DNA from: Setoptus koraiensis
Lineage: Eukaryota; Animalia; Arthropoda
Assembly: GCA_048013815.1 (NCBI GenBank)
Contig: CM106586.1
Span: 3,100,001 to 3,164,000, forward strand
DNA length: 64,000 nt
Direction of reading: 5' to 3'
Program-made: the position numbers and the translations under genes
Shown: positions 24,801-37,334 of the stretch, in pieces
How positions within the stretch are numbered: position 1 is the stretch's first letter
Layout of the letters: every line of letters begins with the position of its first letter
Notes under the pieces: model-generated
What the model was told of the DNA's origin: nothing
The model's database searches: none
Seen by the model: the letters and a program-made list of their open reading frames with translations, nothing else

Positions 24801-27800
24801 TGCGGCCAAGTGGCGCCACTTGTCAGTTGTGGGTGATATATTTGATTATTAATTTATTTATCCGGCATTTAGTCTAGTCATTTATTATAGTCATTTGGTT
24901 TGAGCGCGGTTGTTGTATTGTATTGCGGAGCGGCGTCGATTGGGCAAAGCCACGAGCCACATTCGAGCATTCGTCAGTATAATGAAAGTTTTGTATGATA
25001 GTGTCAAGAGTATAACTTACTTTATAGCGACACAAAATCGCTGATTACTGATTATTGATTATCACGGTCATCTATGGTCGCTGTGTTGTTGTTTGTGTGT
25101 CGCCCACTTGTTGTTGTATCACACAAAGCTGATAGAAATGCTGCTACTTATATGGATATGCGATATCGACACAATCATCATTTACAAACTGTTATATCGG
25201 CCTCTAGTGGAGTTGTTTGTAAAACTGTATTAATTCTGATGTGCATTATATTGTGTATATATATTGATATATATATATTTATATATATTTTGTGTACTAT
25301 ATGTATTTAATAACTAGAGCTTGTTTGCGATAAGGCACACAGTGCGAAGGGAATAGTTTGGTGCAATCTGCAACAAAAACATACACATTTCCATATGTTG
25401 CACTGTGAGATTGCTGCTGTTATCTCTGTTATAACACTGGAAAATTATTTATTAATTATCTCCATTGTTGTCTGTCTCGCTCCCACAATGTCCGATGTCC
25501 AAGCGGGCCAATTGATTTCGCCCTATTATTATGAGATACGATGGTCCAATCAAGTGTCACGCCACAGCGTCTGGCCTCGCGCCGGGCGTTTTGTTTCGGT
25601 TTTGTTGCCGCGGTGAAGCGATAGACGACTAGACTGGCCGACACTGGGGCCGACACTGTTCCGACTGACAGTCGACACACCAATATGTTGCATCATTGTG
25701 GGGGCCACAGTGTTGGCGCGAACAGTGAATGAAATATATCACTGACAATTGATTGCGAGTGAATGTATCACTGACGAATGTGAGTAAATGTATCACGTTG
25801 TAGATGTTTGTGCCGAGCGAGGAGCCAACGACGGAACTGGGCATGGACCGGAATAGCTTGTCAGCTTGATTCACGATTGCCAATCAGCATTAAACACTTG
25901 TCAGAAACTAATTAGTGGACCAATTAGCGCGTTGGGCTCGAGGCTGCCGCACAAGTCGCTCGCACGCCCGGATATTCGTGAACGCCTTGAAGTGGTGATT
26001 TACGCACGCTTAACTTTGTGTCGTCAATGTCGTTGGGCCTACCAATTGATTTGACTCGTCTCGCCCGATCGTCTGACAAGTGTCAGTGTGAGATCGCTTA
26101 TCGCTGTTAATTTTCAAGTTTCAACAAATGGTCTGAGCGTCCGCTGACTGGCGACGCGCACTTGAAAACCATTGACACGGGCGCTAGGTGCGTCACAACG
26201 TCAACAACATTATATTCATTGGGAAGATTTGGCCACGGCGATGGGTGCACATGATAGCCGATGATGATTGAATTCTTTCTTAAATCGCATCATTTACATT
26301 CCAGTATTTGCACGCAAAAACGCTGCAAATTGCAGAATTTACAGGAGACGAGATGAATTTCAGCCAGAGAGAGTGAGTCCATCTAATGCGCAAACATTAT
26401 GTTGTGACGCTCGCAAAAAGATTAGATTGCATAAAGTGTGTTTGCCGAGACGATCGGTGTCGCGTTTCCAGCTTTCGCCGTGTCATATGAAGGCATACGA
26501 ATGGCCAAAGCCCGTCGGAGATACAAGCCAGAGATACAAACAAAGCGCGAATACAAACATAGAGGCAACTTTGGCGAAACTTTCTCAGCGCTTATCTCTC
26601 TGCTGCACACAATCTAATGTTATACTAAATATCGTTTTATATAAATAGATCTGGTTCCGACACAACTGTTCGCACGAACGCAAACGCTGGCTGGGAAATT
26701 ATTGTTTCGTTATCGTCTCTGGCGGGTTTGTGAGTATTTACATTTTGCATTTTGTTCTCATAGGCTGCTCATACGCCAGTCGCCTGTATTGTTGCTATGT
26801 AACGACGCGACGCTAGTGAAGTCTTGGCAAGCTCGCCGAGATAAAACAGATTTGGGCTGTGGTGAGTCGTATAGTGAGCGATATTCAAGGCGATAAACGA
26901 GTGCGATTAGATGGCACCAAATGATAGCCAACAATCAAGACTAAACAAACAACAATTGTTGCGCTCTCTAGCGGGCGGTGGCCACTCGTCAAAAAGTCAT
27001 CTCTTTATATACCATTACAGCTCCATTACAGTAAATAATAATAATACCAACAATAATCGTTTTATCAATCGATCTAATTCAACTCAACGCCCATATAGTG
27101 AACAGAGCACGCGCCTGACAAATGGCAAGCTCACACTCACAACAACCAATTGTCAAACAACAACAATTAATTAGTTTAGTCATGATATTATTCGTTGTGG
27201 GCCGCTATGCCGACATTTTGTGAGCTCGGCAGCGATTCAATGACGAGAGTCAATCAATAATCGACGACGGTGATGATAGAAAGGCAACAAAGTGGCCAAT
27301 TACATTACAACAAACTTCACGCATTAATGCGCGCCTCTGCACGCCATTCACACGGCTCGAAGCGCACTAATTCATGCACTATATCCATCGACGCCAGTAG
27401 TTAGCGCTCGAGATTGCACAATTAGGGCGCGCATTGACAAGCGTCAGAGCGTGCTCGAGCGCACGCAATAGTTGCCAAAATGTGCATGCGTTGTCAGTGG
27501 TTGTCGCTACTAGCGACTCGCTAGGCAGTGATGGCCGACTGCGGGCTGCCAGTCCATTTTGGGAGAATGGCGCAGTCGGCAGCTCTGTGCAGCAGCCGTC
27601 TACCACAGACTCTGTGCCACAGAGGGCAGCTCTGTGCGGCAACTGCGAGCTGCGACTGCAGTCCATCAATCGGACTGCCGGTCGCGACCGCAGCTCAGCC
27701 AGCGGACCTTGAGTTGCGACTGGCAGCTCCGAGCCGCAGTCCGCAGTTGCGCCTCAGAGCTGTTGCACGAGCCAGGTATACCCACCTTTTACTTGAGGCA

Positions 27801-28025
27801 CAGCACGAAATTTGAGCTGGCCGGCGCACGAGCCAGCTCTGCAAGCTGAACCGACTGGATGGCACAGCGCTCAAAAAACGAAAAGTCGCGATCGCCATCA
27901 CTGTCGCTAGGGTACGAGGCTCGAGGCAAGCTTCGCGCCCCAGCGACAACCATCGATGGCACAGTAAGCAAGTGAGCTCCTATGGTAGCCAGCCCATCGA
28001 TGTTTGCCGGTACCCCGAGTGCCCG

Positions 28026-28081
28026 GCGACACCCGACGAGCGACACCCGACGAGCGACACCCGACGAGCGGCACCCGACGG
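28026..28081. repeat. 14-bp minisatellite x4 (gcgacacccgacga)
   Basis: Direct tandem copies are visible. Confidence 0.9.
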
Positions 28082-31000
28082 GAGCTGGGGGTTGTTGCGC
28101 AACGGCGCCACCAATACGGTCTACACGTATCGATAACAAGTGGCGAAAAGTTCATTTCCTGATCAGTGATCACCTTCATATCGGCATATCTCGTCAGCAG
28201 CCCAAACAGGCCAGTTAGTTGTGTGTGTATGTGTGTAACTGCAAATGGCAAAGCGGCGAGCTAGCGACAGTAGTAATTGGCATTCTGCAACAAACAACAA
28301 GTGAATTGTTGTTGCCTGTTGTTGTGAGCGTCGATAGTTACACAACGGCAGCAGCAGCAGCAGCGGCGGCGGCACCCTCAACAACAACAACAACAACAAA
28401 ACAAAAATAATTGCGTCAGACGAGAGAGACAGAGAGAGAGAATAGGCAAAAGATGATTATCAAGCCGCTTTATCGCAGCTTGACACTGTTGCGCACGCAA
28501 GCACATACATGTAGAGCTCATTGACCCGACCGATCACCCTAACGATGATGATGGTGCTCAGTCATCATTGTGACCGTATGATAGTCGGAGTCGTAATGAG
28601 TGCTAATTTATTATTATTATTATTCAATCGACTGATACAAGCGCCCGATACAGCAGCATTAAATTATTATTCAATTAAAACTTATCATCCCATGCCATTG
28701 TGTGCTGACAATTGTGCTGCGAGTGTGTGGTCTTGAAATGGTTGTGAATTTGAAATTTGCCACTCAACACCGGCAATTTATTAGCATGTCATGTGCCCAT
28801 TGCGCTGATACACACGCCAGGTGATAGTCGGATAGCCGATATAGGCCTGGCTAACAGTACATGCGAGATCGGCGGATTGGGTCGGAACGAGTTGCAAGTT
28901 GCAGCCTGTCAGCCGCTGAACGGTTGACATTGTTTCGTTTTGCTGCCCTGTTGTTTGTACAGACATATTGTACAAATCGTATGTTCGTTGTCTCTCTGTA
29001 TGTTTGTTTGTTATTGCTGAAATTTACTTTGTGCCAAACACACGCACAGGTAGTTACACAGGTTGTCTAGTTGTGCGGTTGATACAGTTGGCGAGCTACA
29101 CACACAACGACGACAACAACAAATACTCAAAGATAAAGAGGATATTTATCAAAGAGTTAATATCGTCGGCTTCATCCACTGACAATCGCAATGATTCAAC
29201 CAGCGGGCTCTGCTCGTCGTGCATTGCGACCTAGTTGAGATACCATTGTAAGTTACAATCTGTAACCAAGCAACGAGTGTGTGCGTTCATCGCCATGCGA
29301 GCGGAATATTCGAGAAAAAGACGAGTGGCGAGGCCTTGCCGTTTGATATCACCAAGATAATTAATTAATATCAGTGATAATGAAACTGATTTGCCATCGC
29401 ACACACACACACACACACACAATGCCTTTGTTTGTTGTCGGCTGGTTTAACTGTTACTCCAACCACTTACAGTTAAATCAGTCGGTTGCCTTGTGCTGGC
29501 ACGAGCTGGCCGGCCGGTCGCTGTAATCAATGGCAGGATGTTTGTTTATCATTGGCGCCGATGATAATAACCCAATAACTCGCTACTTTGTTCACCTCTC
29601 TATGTGGCAACTGTTCTCTATGCGCCTCCTTTGTTCATGTTGCCTTTGTTTGCTGCCGATTGTTGGTTCCACTGTGCGCCGCCAGGCCAACAATCCAGTT
29701 ACGTAACGCCAGCACCGGCTTTGGCCAAGTCGCTCAAAGGTTAGCTACCTCTTGGCAAATGAGCCACAACAACGCCTATACCTGGCAAGTGAGTGTTGCC
29801 TATACCCGGTATAACGTCGGTTAGTATACCGACGCAATTTTATGCATGAGTCGGCCGGTGTGAGTAGGTACGAGCCGGCGAGTGGCTCGCTGTCGACAAT
29901 AACAAGAGAAAGTCACCGGCAACAGGTGAAGCTGTGTTATCTGTTCTAATCTATTATGCTATTATGCTATGGTATCATCATCTATTTGAATTGTGAGTGG
30001 TGATAGTGGCTGGTTTTGGCGCTTGCTGTTTGCATCGGCACTCGGCGAACAGTGGCAACAGTGTGCGAGTTTGTTGTTGCAGCCAAGAGAGCACCGGCAG
30101 CAACAACAAACAACTCTCACTTGTTTTATGCTTGATTTCATCATTATCATCGCTTGCACTTTTACAATTGCTATCATTATAATTTTAATCATTTATTATC
30201 GCTAATGATGAACAACAGCAGCAACAGCAGCGACAAGTGTGCAGCCGCTGCAACTAGATGCAACAGCGTGAAATATAATAAAATGTATATATATTCTCTC
30301 ATACTCTTTTCGTATATCATCAGCTTGTGCGACTTGCAGCTCGTGACTCGTAAACTTGTCGCCTTAGCTAGCTGACTAATCAGCCAGAGTTTTGTCTGAA
30401 CAACAACAACAACAACAACACTGGTGATATCGCTAAAGAGACAGCATGACAGAAAGAGAGAGAGAGAGATCAACTTTGGTGTAAACTTTAATATTAACAC
30501 CGGCAACCCGATCATGAGTGTTGTTGATTCAAAAACAATGCACACAAATGTTGATGATCGGCCTATAATAATAATTATCAACATGGTCGCAATATCGTTG
30601 CAACTCGCAACAAAGACACAATTGCGACTCTCTTTATATAATAACCAAATAACAAAATACTAACTAATTGTATCATTGGATGGTGCCAAATGAGCTTGAC
30701 GGTGTCAGATAAATATAGACTTTGTTTGATATCTAGCCGGCTGTTTATTGTGGCAAAACAAAGTCTTGTCCCTTTCCTTCCTGACTGCCTAATCGCCTTG
30801 ACAAGTGCGGCCCAAGCGGACGTTTCCAAGACTATCTAGTCACACTGCTGAAACATGCACTGATTGACGCTCGCTATGCGTGAGTCAAACGGCACCTGGC
30901 GAATATCTGCACTCGGCTGCCTGGCTGAAAGTGGCGCGAAAGCAGTTGCGGCAACGGCCGTCAGGCGTGTCTTCTATTCTATTAGTGATTCCAGCAGCAC

Positions 31001-31842
31001 AATACAATGTAATTTTAAGCAGGTATGCGGAGTGCGAGAGAGAAAGAGGGAGAGAGAGAGAGAGAGAGAGAGCATCCAAATTGAATTTAATACCATTAAC
31101 GCGCTGGCTGGTGGCACTCGCAGATTGATACATTAGTGTATTTATAAATAGCTGGATATCTATCGATGCCCATAAATATATATAAAGTGAGTATTATCAC
31201 CACAAAATGAGCAATGAGATAGTCAGTGAGCAATATTCAGCTCTCACAGTCGACTAGCTTGTTGGGCAAATACAAATAATATAAATAATAATAATAATAT
31301 AAATAAACAAATGATGCGCACAAATGGCCAGAGATAGAATCTGCCTCTCTACAGTGCATTAGTGTACGCTCAACTAATGTAGCCAAATAATATATATAAC
31401 TAATATCGACGACGACGGTGACGATCAGTTCAGTTGATTGGCTATGAGTAGTTGTGGCAGCAGCAGCAGCAGCTACTCATACAATTATTTGAAAACTTGT
31501 CAGCGACACGACAAGACACAACAAGACAGACATTTTCAGCAGGCAGTCAGTCATTCAGGCAGGCAGCTAGAGAGAAAGACACAAACATAGAGACTCGCTC
31601 ACTAATAAACGACGACAAAAATACTTGATCGCACATGTTAGGTGTAAGTGAGCGAGCGAGAGGCAAAAACAAAAAGCAATTATCTCGTTAGTCAGTATCA
31701 ATTCGCTTGTGGACTCGAACGGATCGCACTCACACACGACAACAAAGAGAACGGAGTGACAAACAAAGTGGATTATATAACTACATTAATTAGAAGCTAC
31801 CAACAACAAGTGGCTAGACCAAAGTGGATAGATAGTGGCAGC

Positions 31843-34513
31843 ATGAATCTAGCCGTAGCTCCCAGCTTGGCACAGTCGTTAGCACCTTGCAGCAACAACA
31901 GCACTAGCGCAAGCAACAACACCGGCAATATTATTCAACAACAGCAGCAGCAACACCAACATCAACAACAACAGCCCTCGTTGTCGCCTATAGGCGTTAA
32001 ATTAAGCGCATATTATTCTAGCAAATCGGCCAATGGCAGACAGGAATTAGTAATATTGCAACAACCCGAGGAACAACACCGGGCCAGGTACGCCACCGAG
32101 GGCAGCAGGGGCGCCATTAAGGATGTCACAGGTGTCAGTCATCCTGTTGTTAAACTGACAGGCTGTTACAGTAGGCAACCCATTAAATTAGAATGTTACA
32201 TTGGGCACGACAAACACAACGGTTTGCCTCATTTGTTTTACCAGGCCTCGAAAATAAGTGGCAAAAACTCTACACAATGCACCGCTTGCAAGATAGACGG
32301 CACCTCAATTATAGTGATGAATTTGTTGCCAGAGAACGACTTTCAGGCCACAATTGATTGTGTTGGCATTTTAAAAGAACGAAATGTTGATGTTGAACAA
32401 AAGTTGCTCAATTTAAACCGTACCAACAAAATGATTGATTTTGATATATTAAGCCACCACCACCATCATCATCACCACCATCATCATCTGTTGCAACAAC
32501 AGAATCAGAACACCATTCATCAGCATACACATTTGACAAACATGATGCAATTGAATCAACATTTAACCGCAACGCATCATCATCATCATCACAACAGACA
32601 TCCTATGACAACTAGTCCTTTTTCGCGCGAATTAAGCACATTGATGGCGGCCTCAGGACAGTACAGCCAAAATCAGCAACAACAACAATCGTCCTTGTCA
32701 ATTGGGGCCCAGCAACACAATAACTCGGCCAATTCGGTCGCATCATCTAACGGATCGTCGCCAAGCTCTACAATGTCCAGTGTTTTATCAACGTCGTCGT
32801 CGACCCCGTCCTCCGCGAGCAGTATAATTGCCACCAATCAGCTGGTTCAGAGTCTTGACAATAAAATGTTGGCGCTCATGAGTCATTCGACACTCACCAC
32901 CAATGGCACTGGTCAAGGCGCGGCGCCAAATTCAAAGCAGCTTACCAACGGTGCAGCGGGCCTGAGCAGTCTAACCAACTGCAATCATCAAACCACTACA
33001 GGTAATAAGTTAGCTGCCAATAGTAACAACAACTCAACGTTACATAGTACAATCAACAATATTAGTAGTAGAAAAAAATCTGCCAAATGTCGACTGGTGT
33101 TCCGAATTAGACTACCGGAAACTGGTGAGGTTCTGCAAATTATTAGTACGCCAATTGTGTGCACGCAACCAGCTGGACCGCCAGAAATATCTAAGAGATC
33201 ACTAACAAGTGCACCTATCACATTACACAACGTACAACCGGCCTCATCTGTTGGGTCGCCGCCACCTCAATCGATGCTACTATTGCCAAATTCACCTCCC
33301 ACACCATCAACAGTGTCATCCGCGTCGCCTCCAACAACAACACCATCTATAACACAAACAACTCAGCAGCAGCAACAACCACAACAACAATTAGAACTAT
33401 TTATAATTGGCAAGAATTTCCTTAAGGATTCCAGAGTGATATTTCGTAACAATAATAGTGATTGGATTCGTATTGTAGAACCCGACAAAGAGTATCTTAA
33501 CTCTAGCCACCTAGTGTGTCATGTACCTGTTTATGATGGGCCCGAGGTCGGCCCAGATCGACCCCTTGATAGTCAACCAAGTATTATTGAGGTTGTGACG
33601 CTTGTTAGAAGTGGTGGAAAATACTCTGAACCACACACATTCACTTATATCAACACAGCCAAGCAACAATTACTGCAACAACAACAGCAACAACAACAAC
33701 TCCAACAACAACTACAGCGATTACAAATTCAACAACAACAACAGGAGCATCAGACTCAACAGCAACAACAACAAGAGCAACAGCAGCAACAACAACAACA
33801 ACAACAACAATTCCAACAACAACTACAGCAAATACAAATTCAACAGCAGCAACAGCAACAACAACAACAACAGCAGCAGCAGCAACAGCAGCAACAACAA
33901 CAGCAACAACAGCAACAACAACAACAACAACCACAGCAACTAGACCCCCAAGCCGCTCTGCAACTGGTCCAGCAGCAACAGCAGCAGCAACAACAGCAAC
34001 AGCAACTAGACCCCCAGACCGCTTTGCAACTGGTACACCAGCAACAGCAAATAGATCCTCAAGCCCCTTTGCAACTGGTCCAGCAGCAGCAACAGCAACT
34101 AGACCCGCAAGCCGCTCTGCAACTGGTGCAACAGCAAATAGATCCTCAAGCCGCTCTGCAACTGGTGCAGCAACAACAACAGCAGCAACAGCAACTAGAT
34201 CCTCAAGCCGCTATGCAACTGGTCCAGCAGCAACAACAGCAGCAGCAACAACAACAACAACAACAGCAGCAACAGCAACAACAGCAACAACAACAACAAT
34301 TCCAACAACAGCTACAGCAAATACAAATTCAACAGCAGCAACAACAACAGCAACAACAACAACAGCAGCAGCAACAGCAGCAGCAACAGCAGCAGCAGCA
34401 GCAGCAACAACAACAGCAACAACAACAACAGCAACAACAACAGCAACTAGACCCCCAAGCCGCTGTGCAATTGGTCCAGCAGCAACAACAACAACAACAG
34501 CAGCAGCAGCAGC

Positions 34514-34544
<31 letters not shown>

Positions 34545-36060
34545 GCAGCAGCAGCAGCAGCAACAACAACAACAACAACAACAGCAGCAACAGCAACAGC
34601 AACAGCAACAACAATTCCAACAACTACAGCAATTGCAAATTCAACAGCAGCAGCAACAACAACAACAACCACAGCAACTAGATCCCCAATCCGCTCTGCA
34701 ACTGGTCCAACAGCAGCAACAGCAATTAGACCCCCAAGCCGCTCTACAACTCGTGCAACAGCAACAACAGCAACAGCAACTTGACTCCCAAGCCGCTTTG
34801 CAACTCGTGCAACAACAGCAACAGCAACTAGACTCCCAAGCCGCTTTGCAACTCGTGCAACAACAACAACAACCACAGCAACTCGAGCCCCAAGCCGCCC
34901 TGCAACTGGTGCAACAGCAACAACAGCAGCAACAGCAACTGGACCCTCAAGCCGCTTTGCAACTGGCGCAACAGCAACAACAGCAGCAACAGCAATTGGA
35001 CCCTCAAGCCGCTCTGCAACTCGTGCAACAGCAACAACAGCAACAACAACAACCACAGCAACTAGACCCTCAAGCCGCTCTGCAACTCGTGCAGCAGCAA
35101 CAACAGCAACAACAACTAGACCCTCAAGCCGCTCTGCAACTCGTGCAACAACAACAGCAACTAGACTCCCAAGCCACCCTGCAACTGGTCCAACAGCAGC
35201 AGCAACAGCAATTGGACCCCCAAGCCGCTTTGCAACTGGCGCAACAGCAACAACAGCAGCAACAGCAACTGGACCCTCAAGCCGCTTTGCAACTGGCGCA
35301 ACAGCAACAACAGCAGCAACAGCAATTGGACCCTCAAGCCGCTCTGCAACTCGTGCAACAGCAACAACAGCAACAACAACAACCACAGCAACTAGACCCT
35401 CAAGCCGCTCTGCAACTGGTCCAGCAGCAACAGCAGCAGCAACAACAGCAACAACAACTAGACCCCCAAGCCGCTTTGCAACTGGCCCAACAGCAACAAC
35501 AACAACAACCACAGCAACTCGACCCCCAAGCCGCTCTTCAACTGGTCCAGCAGCAACAACAGCAACTAGACCCCCAAGCCGCCCTGCAACTGGTCCAGCA
35601 GCAACAACAGCAACTGGACCCCCAAGCCGCTTTGCAACTGGCGCAACAACAACAACAGCCACAGCAACTCGACCCTCAAGCCGCTCTGCAGCTGGTCCAG
35701 CAGCAGCAACAACAGCAACTGGACCCCCAAGCCGCTGTGCAATTGGTCCAGCAGCAACAACAGCAACAGCAACTGGACCCCCAAGCCGCTCTTCAACTGG
35801 CGCAACAGCAACAACAGCAACTAGACTCCCAAGCCGCTCTGCAACTAGTCCAGCAGCAGCAACAGCAACAGCAGCAGCAACTAGATCCCCAAGCCGCTTT
35901 GCAACTGGCGCAACAGCAACAACAGCAACAGCAACTTGAGTCCCAAGCCGCTTTGCAACTGGTCCAGCAGCAACAGCAGCAACAACAGCAACAAAGGCTA
36001 GATCCCCAGGCCCCTTTGCAACTGGTGTACCCCAACTTGATATTGTATGATTATGTATGA
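31843..36060 (+). CDS. NFAT5: NFAT5/TonEBP-type Rel-homology transcription factor with poly-Q repeat tail
   Basis: QPEEQHRARYATEGSRGAIKD, IDCVGILKERNVDVE, RKKSAKCRLVFR, PIVCTQPAGPPEI and IPT motif IIGKNF...SRVIF. The first in-frame ATG is at 31843; the ORF-track start at 31648 is a GTG inside a donor-like GTAAGTG, so upstream exons are likely. Confidence 0.93.
33660..36030 (+). repeat. Coding CAA/CAG poly-Q tracts interleaved with about 32 copies of LDPQAALQLV
   Basis: Counted from the translation; the DNA core is GACCC(C/T)CAAGCCGCT(C/T)TGCAACT. Confidence 0.97.
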
Positions 36061-37334
36061 GTAGTATCGAACGAATAAATCACAGTGTGTAATATATAGC
36101 ACAACATTAATCGTACATTGTGCGCTTTTGCCTATACGCTTCTTCGAAGTTCATTTTTGTTTCGCCAGGGGCGCGTAGAGCGTTTTTGGATGCATACTCA
36201 AGCATAAAGTGTTATGTTAAATGTTTATTTATTTTGATTCTATTGAGCATTTATTCTAGTAGGTGAATGTACGTGTTTTTCGACGCGAGGTGGCGCATCG
36301 GCTGTTAATATTGTGCAGAAGCCTGCAGATTTGGAGTAGGCAAGATTAACTGCCACTCTCTCATACTGCATAATAAAATCCAAGTGCGCCGCCCTGGCGG
36401 ATCAATAATAAACTTGAAGGAATTGTATTGGAAAAAGGGCACACATCACACAGAACGAACCACCAAGTACGGCGAGACAAACAGACAGACGTACAAGGGA
36501 GATAGCATTGTGTAAAGCTAGCAGCAACTAGACCGTGTGTGTTGTGCGTTCGTCAATTTTTGTTGTACATGTTCGCTTGGTTTGTGTGTCACACATTGAG
36601 CACATTGGTTTTGGAGGTGATTCTCTCCGCTGTGCCTAGGTTTCATGCACGTTAAAAGCGTGAGCAGCAGCAGCAGCAGCAGGCGTAGCGGTAGAGAGAG
36701 AGAGAGCGCATCTCGTCGTCGAACGATGAAACGAACAAACGGATAAACGACATATATATATATTCACTTGGTTTGTTTGTCTGTGCGTGTGTCTCATGTC
36801 GACTGCCTCTATGGTGTGTCCGTGTGTGTAATCGATTGTGAGAATTGACGATTTCGTTCTCCGTTTATATCGTGTATCGTCGTCACCATACGTGTAATAT
36901 AATCATCACATCAGTATTATTATTATCGTCACCATCGCTGATTTGCCGTTAAATAATCACTATTATTAGTTGAATTATCAGTATTAAAACTATTACTTTT
37001 GCCATTGTTGTTAATCTGGCCGCCAGGGATCAGTTATCATCGTACAGTGTCGTTTACGTAGGCAGTCGTTGTTTGCAGTCGTTCATCATAGGCGCTCATT
37101 TTGCTAATCCCAGCATATAGCAGCAGCGTAACCCATTTTATAATCCGTTTATCCGGTGCAAATCCGGTTGAACACAAACAAGCGGATAAAATAAACAAAT
37201 AGAGGGCACCACGTGGACCAGATCGCCAATTACTGATCGCAGCGCTTGCATTCGTATTATATTCATACTATACATTATAGCTCGCCAACAAATACACAGG
37301 TAGCGCAAGGGAGATATAGCACCAATTAGCAACA

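Noticed and set aside
24217-24836. Several overlapping 60-113 aa ORFs
   Set aside because: No recognisable motif, no consistent splice model and no terminal repeats to support a transposon.
25629-25883. Cys pattern resembling a B-box (ATYWCVDCQSEQCRPQC)
   Set aside because: It lacks the final His ligands and ends in a stop; the CRP repeats come from a short DNA tandem repeat.
34211-36035. Long minus-strand Val/Ala, Leu and Cys ORFs
   Set aside because: Antisense shadows of the NFAT5 CAA/CAG array.
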